From the human T2T-CHM13v2.0 reference genome, Homo sapiens, in assembly GCF_009914755.1 (NCBI RefSeq), contig NC_060932.1: a DNA stretch of 64,000 bases; one strand, 5' to 3'. Below, piece after piece: positions 57,413 to 64,000 of the stretch; the stretch's first letter is position 1; every line of letters begins with the position of its first letter. The notes under the pieces were generated by a model. That model was not told the origin of the DNA. It saw only the letters and a list, made by a program, of their open reading frames with translations, and made no database searches. The position numbers and the translations under genes were made by a program.

Positions 57413-57549
57413 TACTATTTTTATTTTTTTATAAAGATGGGGTCTCCCTATGTTGCCCAGGCTGGTCTTGAACTCTTGAGCTCAAATAATCCACTCTCCT
57501 TGGCCTCCCAGAGTACTGGGATTACAGGTGTGTGCCACCAAGCCCAGCC
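57413..57549 (-). mobile_element. Alu monomer (FLAM-like)
   Basis: Single left-arm-type monomer in reverse orientation. Confidence 0.8.
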
Positions 57550-60399
57550 AGTATCAACTTTTTGTTTTACAAACATCATCTAATTTACGTTGGTGAGTTA
57601 TCTTTAGATATAAACAAATATTCAAGTACTTTGGATAATGATGATCTACATTCTCTACTTTTTATAAATTTTCTATAACCCAGAAATAGAAATCCCCAAA
57701 TTAAAGAGGTTCAAAATGTTTATTCAAAAGATAGCAACTTTCAAACGTAGATAGCATCTTCTTAGTAGGAACCTACAGGCTATCTGACTAGCCCCCACAA
57801 AAGCCTATTTAATTTACAGTTGAAGTAGTGTATAGGACATCTGAAATGAAAAAAAAAAGGCAATGACATTATTATAATGCTAATGGTTAAACTATATGAA
57901 AAGATTAACTGAATACATATTTTTAAAATTTATCATGTATGTTGTCAATTAAGAAAGGGAGAATTAACTGAAGAATGAACAGGTAGAGATCCTCTGATGG
58001 AGTTCTTAAGATTTTGGTATTAGTTTTCTCATTTAAAATATAAAGATCTCACTGTATAGTTTAGAAAACAGGGCAAAGTTAACTGATGAAACACTGAAGA
58101 CTTCTTGTTTTTACTTATACTATTTTAATAATCCTACAGAAAAGCAAAGGACTATGGTTTTAAAACTAGATTAATGCATCATACTTATTATATTTAAATC
58201 AATTATTTAAAAAATTGGCAGTGCTCAGCCTCTATTAAGAAGACACATGAAAGAGGGAGGATCACTTCAAAATAAAGTCAAGCTGTCTTACAATTTGAGA
58301 TTTCATAGTTTCAAAACACCTAAAAAATTACAGAAAAAGTACATATTTACAATTAGAGCTGAACTACTGTCAAAGAAAAAGTATAATTTCCTGCTCCACA
58401 GATGAAGAACTGGGTTTTTTAAAACTGACAAGAGTTGATACTTCATGACAAAAAGTAGTTGAGACTAAAAGTTATGTGAAATCTTTGACTTTGATTTTAA
58501 TAAATCACAAAACTGAAATGCAAGTAAATGTCTGTTTATGTTTACTGACCACCTAACTTTATAAGACACATATGAAGGGCACAAAAGAAATAGAGAACTC
58601 ATGTTCTCATGGAAATTATAGTTTTATAACAATGACATATACTTTTTAACTGAATCCAAGAAGCATATAACAGTTAATATGACAGCATACCAGATAATAC
58701 AGTACATGATTTAATGCATAACAAGTAACTTTAGGCAAAGTATCACATGTTCAGTTATAGACATGGTGTAATTAAACAGAAACAAAGGCCGACCAAAAAC
58801 CTATATTATACAAGTATAGAACAGAGAAGGTTATGCTTGACTATGAACAAAAGATTTCTTTCATAGAAGAGAAGTTGGTAGAGCCACAGAAAAGCATACT
58901 CTAAACTAGTTAAAAGAATTTAATGACCCAAATTCTATAGACAGCAGTCAAGCCAAGACAGACCTACTACAAAAGGAAGTGATGTGATCCAAGTATTTTG
59001 TAAAGGTTATTGAGGGAAGAGAAACCAGTGAGGCAAAGAGATCACCTAAAAAGCAATTATAAAAACTCATCTTTTTGTACAATTTTACTTTATGAAAGTT
59101 TCACGACAGCAAAATCATGCTCACTCTGTTCATAAGCAAAGGATAATAGCATATATAGGTAACGGTGGTTAGTGTCATTTGGCCATCTCATTTTTCAGAG
59201 TACTGTATAGAGTGTATTATAAAGAATATTAATTCCATTATGGCTGATGAGTACAAAAGCAATTCCAAGTGTTGAAAACTAGTAAGAAGGATTTGATTCC
59301 AATGGAAATAAATGTACTTAAAGAAACCCACCATCTCCAAAATAAAAATTTGGTAAGCAAATGGTGTCTGGATTGAATGGCCATATGGGATGACAGTAAA
59401 AATTATTCTGAAAGTTAACAAGTGAATCATTCAATACATGGAAAATATTATGCTTATGCAAACAACTAAAGGCACCCAAACATGGAAAAAGCAGAGTATG
59501 TAGTTAGATGATTAGCATAAAAATCAGGTACCTCCTGGCCTACTGTTAATTTAGGAAAATAATAGCAGTTTGAAAACTTAAAAGGCTAAGTATGACACAT
59601 AGTGCTGAGGATGAGATTTCTGCTTCAAGTCAGAAATATATGGTTTCCAAGTCCAAGAACTGTAAGTATCATTAAAGTGAAGCATGTATGCAGGCCTTGG
59701 ATCCACAGCTGATGATAATGTTATAAAATTACCTAACACTTATTGAACTCTTATTACCTGGCAGGTACCTTAATACTTATTATTATTATCCCTATTTAAC
59801 AGATAAGAAAAAAATGGAGGCACAGAGAAATTTGGTAATTTTTCTAAGGTCACAAAAAAGCTGTAAGTCTCAGAGCTGGGATGGAACCCAGACAAGAGGC
59901 TTCATAAAAGCTGTATTCTTAACCACTAAGGCAAACTGCTGCCCACTAACGAACTCCCTATAACATCTGGAAAAATTACCAGGGAGGTGGAAGGGAGCCG
60001 TTTCAATAGCATTTAAATGACAAAAGTGGTCTATTCTAGAAAAATGAACTATTGGTCCTACATTAACATGGATAGAAAGGGTAGATAATCTATAATAACA
60101 CAGAGAAAATAAGTATAGTTAGTAGTTTTAAAGCTTCTAAAGATTGATTCCTTATTTGCTACACATTATCTAAGAACTACAGGCAGAACTGACCAGCTTC
60201 TTAGTATCTTTGGTATTAAAAATTTTATAAACAGCATTCTAGAACCTACTTTTAATGATAAGAGAACATATATACATATAGTTAATTATGGGTAAGATGC
60301 TTAGGGCAAGGAGTAGAATAGTAGCAATAAGGGGATGAAGTGGAGGCTGAGGGAGACATTTCAAAGGAAAGAGCAACGGACAGATACTTAAAGACACTT

Positions 60400-62480
60400 A
60401 ATAATGGACAGTCTGGAAAGCATGCATGTTCAGCATAGAGTCTATGGGCCACTGAGAATACAAGGCAAGTGACCAACTGTTGGAATCTGCAAGAAAAATA
60501 AGTTAGAGTACTATAGTTGCCCTTTGTTGGACTGCCATGTATAACATAACTAAGCCCTGTAACCTGAACAGGAAACACACGCCCACAGCTAGGCAGAAAT
60601 TACTTTGATTCAAAAGTCCTCTTCCTGTATCTTGACTGTGTTTGTTGCCTAAATAGTGTCCTGATTTCTCTGACCCTCCAGACTCTTTAAATGGGGTTTT
60701 CTGACTCCTTGGCACCTGAGCCAAGCTGCGTTATAATGTGAATGTCAGAAGTCAACATTTTGAGGATGGACAGAGTTGGAAGGGGACAGAGATTGAACAT
60801 GAGTAAGATTTCCTTAGAATTACTCCAAATTTCATTCTTTTTAAAAAAGAAGTTAGAAAACTGAACTTCTCCCTGTATGGGAATAATTACTAGCACTTGA
60901 ACATAGGTTGAGTATCCCTAATCCAAAATGCTTGGGACCAAAAGTGTTTTGGATTTCAAAATTTGGAATATTTGCGCATACATACTGGTTGAACATCCCT
61001 AATCCAAAATCTGAAAAGCTTCAATGAGTATTTCCTGTGAGCATCATGTCAGTGCTCTAAAAGATTCTGGAGCATTTCAAATTTCAGATTTTTAGATTAG
61101 GGATGCTCAACTTGTAGCAATATTTACTAGTCTAAGATGGGAAAGGTTTTAACTATGACTTGAAAGACAAGAATCAGGCAAGCAGAAAAAATGATATTAA
61201 TCCATCACTCCCACTTAGGACTCTCATTACTCTGAGACTTATTATTAGAAACCGCAAGTGCCATGGCAAGTAGGAAATCTTATATCCAGCTGTTTATAAT
61301 TTAAATATTCTTCTGCATTAGTACCGATATTTAAGACTGAATACAGCAATATATTTATTCATATTATTCTAAGTGACATTCTTTAAGGACCAAAATATTT
61401 TACTTGGCTATCAGCTGTAATCAAGGCAGGTAATTTCTTGGTATCTTGAAGGTCACTAATGTTCAGAACAATCAAACTATAATCAAGGGTTATATGGCAG
61501 TAAAATAAAATACAAAGTCAGAAGAGGCAAAAATATAAAGAGAGAAGGAGAAATAAAAAAAAAACGGGTCATAGCACAGTATGAATGAAGATGAGGAGAG
61601 CAAAGAAACTGAATATACCCACCTAAAATGGAACTAACTAGCCAGCTTCACCCTGAAATTTCTTAGTAAGAATAATTTAGGATTTTGCTAACAATGCATA
61701 ACGTAAGATGAATAGAGAAGATTCATCCTTTTATGCCTTTTTTAAAGGGCTTATGAGGGCAATTTTTTTTTCCTGCAAGGGTATAAAAATTACTAACATG
61801 GTACCTACATTTTCCTATTTTAAGCACTACAGAAGACTAAAATGCTAAAGCAAGCTACTACTATTTCCCAAATGGGAAAAATTACTAATTTTTGAAGGTT
61901 ACTGTGACTCTGGCTGGAAGCATAAAAAGGTAAGGCAGAAATCCTCACTTAAGCTAACAAACTGGCCTTGGAGCTCACGATTTTGTAGGTCATCTCTATC
62001 AGCTTTGACATAGTTTTTAGTATACTCACATCTTCTATGAGTGTTCCAGTTACTGTGTCTTTTGTCAAGGGTGGTACCCAGAAATAAACAATACCAGAGT
62101 ACGTTTGCATGAAGAGTAAAGAAGAACTATCATTTGCTTGGTTCTGGATACTGTATTTCTATTACTGCAGTTTAATATCAAATCACCCCCTTACTTACAT
62201 CAGGCTGTTAGTCAACTGATACCCAAGTACAGTTTGCTTATCCACCAAGTGACTGGCTTTTGCACAACAGTTTCACAGTACATCCAATTAAAATTCATGC
62301 CTTGGCAAAAATTACAGATAACCAACATGTTATCAACTTTGAAGAGTTATTCCCAAAGTTACAGACTGGAAAAGAAAATGTCAAATGCTTGAACAGAGCT
62401 TGCCTTTTTACGTTCACTAGGTTTGGCTCACTCAATGAAATGGATATATCCATCAGATGAACTTCACTTCTACCATCTAA
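60400..62480 (+). mobile_element. Decayed Gypsy/Ty3-like LTR retrotransposon pol remnant (MamGyp-int-like)
   Basis: Colinear degenerate motifs across frameshifts: PFVGLPCI (60520-60543), RLNTAI (61334-61351), GPKYFTWL (61387-61410), MGKITN/FEG (61872-61899), FVGH (61982-61993), KYS (62225-62233), SQYIQLKF (62273-62296), TGKENVKCLNRA (62365-62400). Confidence 0.55.
60905..61114 (+). mobile_element. Tigger4/MER46-type MITE
   Basis: aggttgagtatccctaatcc ... gattagggatgctcaacttg|ta (TIRs). Confidence 0.8.
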
Positions 62481-62577
62481 GCACTGCATACCCTGTCACA
62501 ATACAACCTGTTCTGTCTATAGTTCTGGTACTCACACGTGCTGTTCTAATGCTGGAGTTATTGTTTATTATAACATA

Positions 62578-62812
62578 CAATGAGTATTCCTTATTCAAAA
62601 TCCTTGGGACCAGAAGTATTTTGATTTTTTTTTCTTCAAATTCTGGAATATGTACAGATATATACTTACTAGTTGAGCATCCCAAAACCAAAAATCTGAA
62701 GTGTGAAATGCTCCAATGAGCATTTCCTTTGAGTGTTATGTCGTTGCTCAAAATGTTTTGGATTTTGGAGCATTTTGATTTTTGGATTTTCAGATTTGGG
62801 ATAGTCAACCTG
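62578..62812 (+). mobile_element. Tigger4/MER46-type MITE
   Basis: tgagtattccttattcaaaatccttgggaccagaagt ... ttgggatagtcaacctg|ta. Similar to 60905-61114. Confidence 0.8.
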
Positions 62813-64000
62813 TAATGTAACATAAAAATATAACATAATTATTTTGTTATAAATACATAATTGTTCAATAAATATGTGATATATAATATAAAATAGGTTA
62901 CAATTATATAATATAAAGATGTTTCATATAAGACATTGGCCATGATTCAATTATAGAGTATATAATATAGAAATAATAATACCACCATTAGTTTCATTTC
63001 CAAAACTTAAAGGGAGTTCGCTACTTTAAAACTTTAAGTGTCTCAGAAGTAAACTCTGAAGGTAGACAATGACTTTAAAAATTATTAGCATCCTATAGTA
63101 ATGTTTTTATATATATATATATCAAGAATTTACTCTGTCTCATATTCCCTACTCATTTTCTTTATATAAAGGATAGCTTCTTGGGTTCAAACTATGTTCT
63201 GTTTTTATATTCTGAAATCCTAAAAACCCTAATGTATTAATAATCAACTAAAATGTAATAAGGCTTCTTTCTTTTCTTCATCTGAAACATGGATGAAAGA
63301 CATTTTTATAACACTGGTCAAAAGAACTAGTGAAATTCTTCTCAGTAACTTTAACAAGAGGTCCAGGTACCTAATTGAATAATTGTAAAATAATATTAAA
63401 ATTACATAGGAAAGGTGCAAAGGACCATTTGACCTGCTACTTTTTCATGTAACTTTTCTATATTTAAAAAATAATTGTAAACTTCTATCAGAGATAATTA
63501 CAATTTAAGCTTTATTTCCTTTCAGATTCTTTATTTGGAAGATCTTAAACATTCTAGGATAATAAAAGCTTTATCAGACTAGATGTTCTTCCAGGAAAAT
63601 TTCAAAATACCATGTTATAATATTTAAGCCCAAAGCTGTGGTTAAAAACAAAAGCCATTTTAATTTAGTACTCTCCATTATTACAAAATGTTAACTAATC
63701 TGAAAGCAAATTTATTGCAATTTAGAAAATATGTCCCTATTTTAAAGGCCACAACTAAATTATTAGTTGTAAAAGGCATACAGGATTAGCAATGTGCTAG
63801 GCCTTCGAATATTAGAATAGAAACTATAAAATGCAAATACATAAAAGCAAGAAAGGGTGATGATTTTGATAGAATAAAATTCTGACAGCATAAACAATAC
63901 TTCAAAACTATCTGAAGTCTATTTTATATACTCTGCTAATTCAGTTAATATGAATACGGATTAAGAAAGAAACTTCCTAAGTAAATATTCTCTCTCAGCT

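Overview
Human (primate) genomic DNA, recognisable from the encoded proteins as the DPYS-LRP12 region (8q22.3 by recall). Both genes lie on the minus strand. DPYS (dihydropyrimidinase) contributes exon 1 (CDS 8152-8415), its CpG-island promoter and ~8 kb of intron 1. LRP12 contributes five coding exons (probably exons 3-7: 50438-50573, 40817-41019, 38472-39576, 36577-36709, 32171-33037) and its 3'UTR; all splice sites and reading phases join cleanly. Between the genes lie a full-length solo HERV-W LTR (LTR17) and MIR548A3, a MADE1-derived miRNA hairpin nested in an MLT1 LTR. The rest is Alu, L1, MaLR/ERV LTR and Tigger/MER DNA-transposon sequence. I see no clearly novel gene system. The best leads are: (1) a decayed Gypsy-like pol fossil at ~60.4-62.5 kb; (2) two template-switch-type scars at 44.2-44.7 kb, namely a duplication with a fold-back palindrome and a ~149-bp locally templated insert inside an Alu; (3) a hairpin-presented intronic AATAAA after LRP12 exon 5 that could give a tail-less receptor; (4) an in-frame twin splice donor at DPYS exon 1. 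Repeat subfamily names come from recalled consensus sequences, and most repeat boundaries are approximate.
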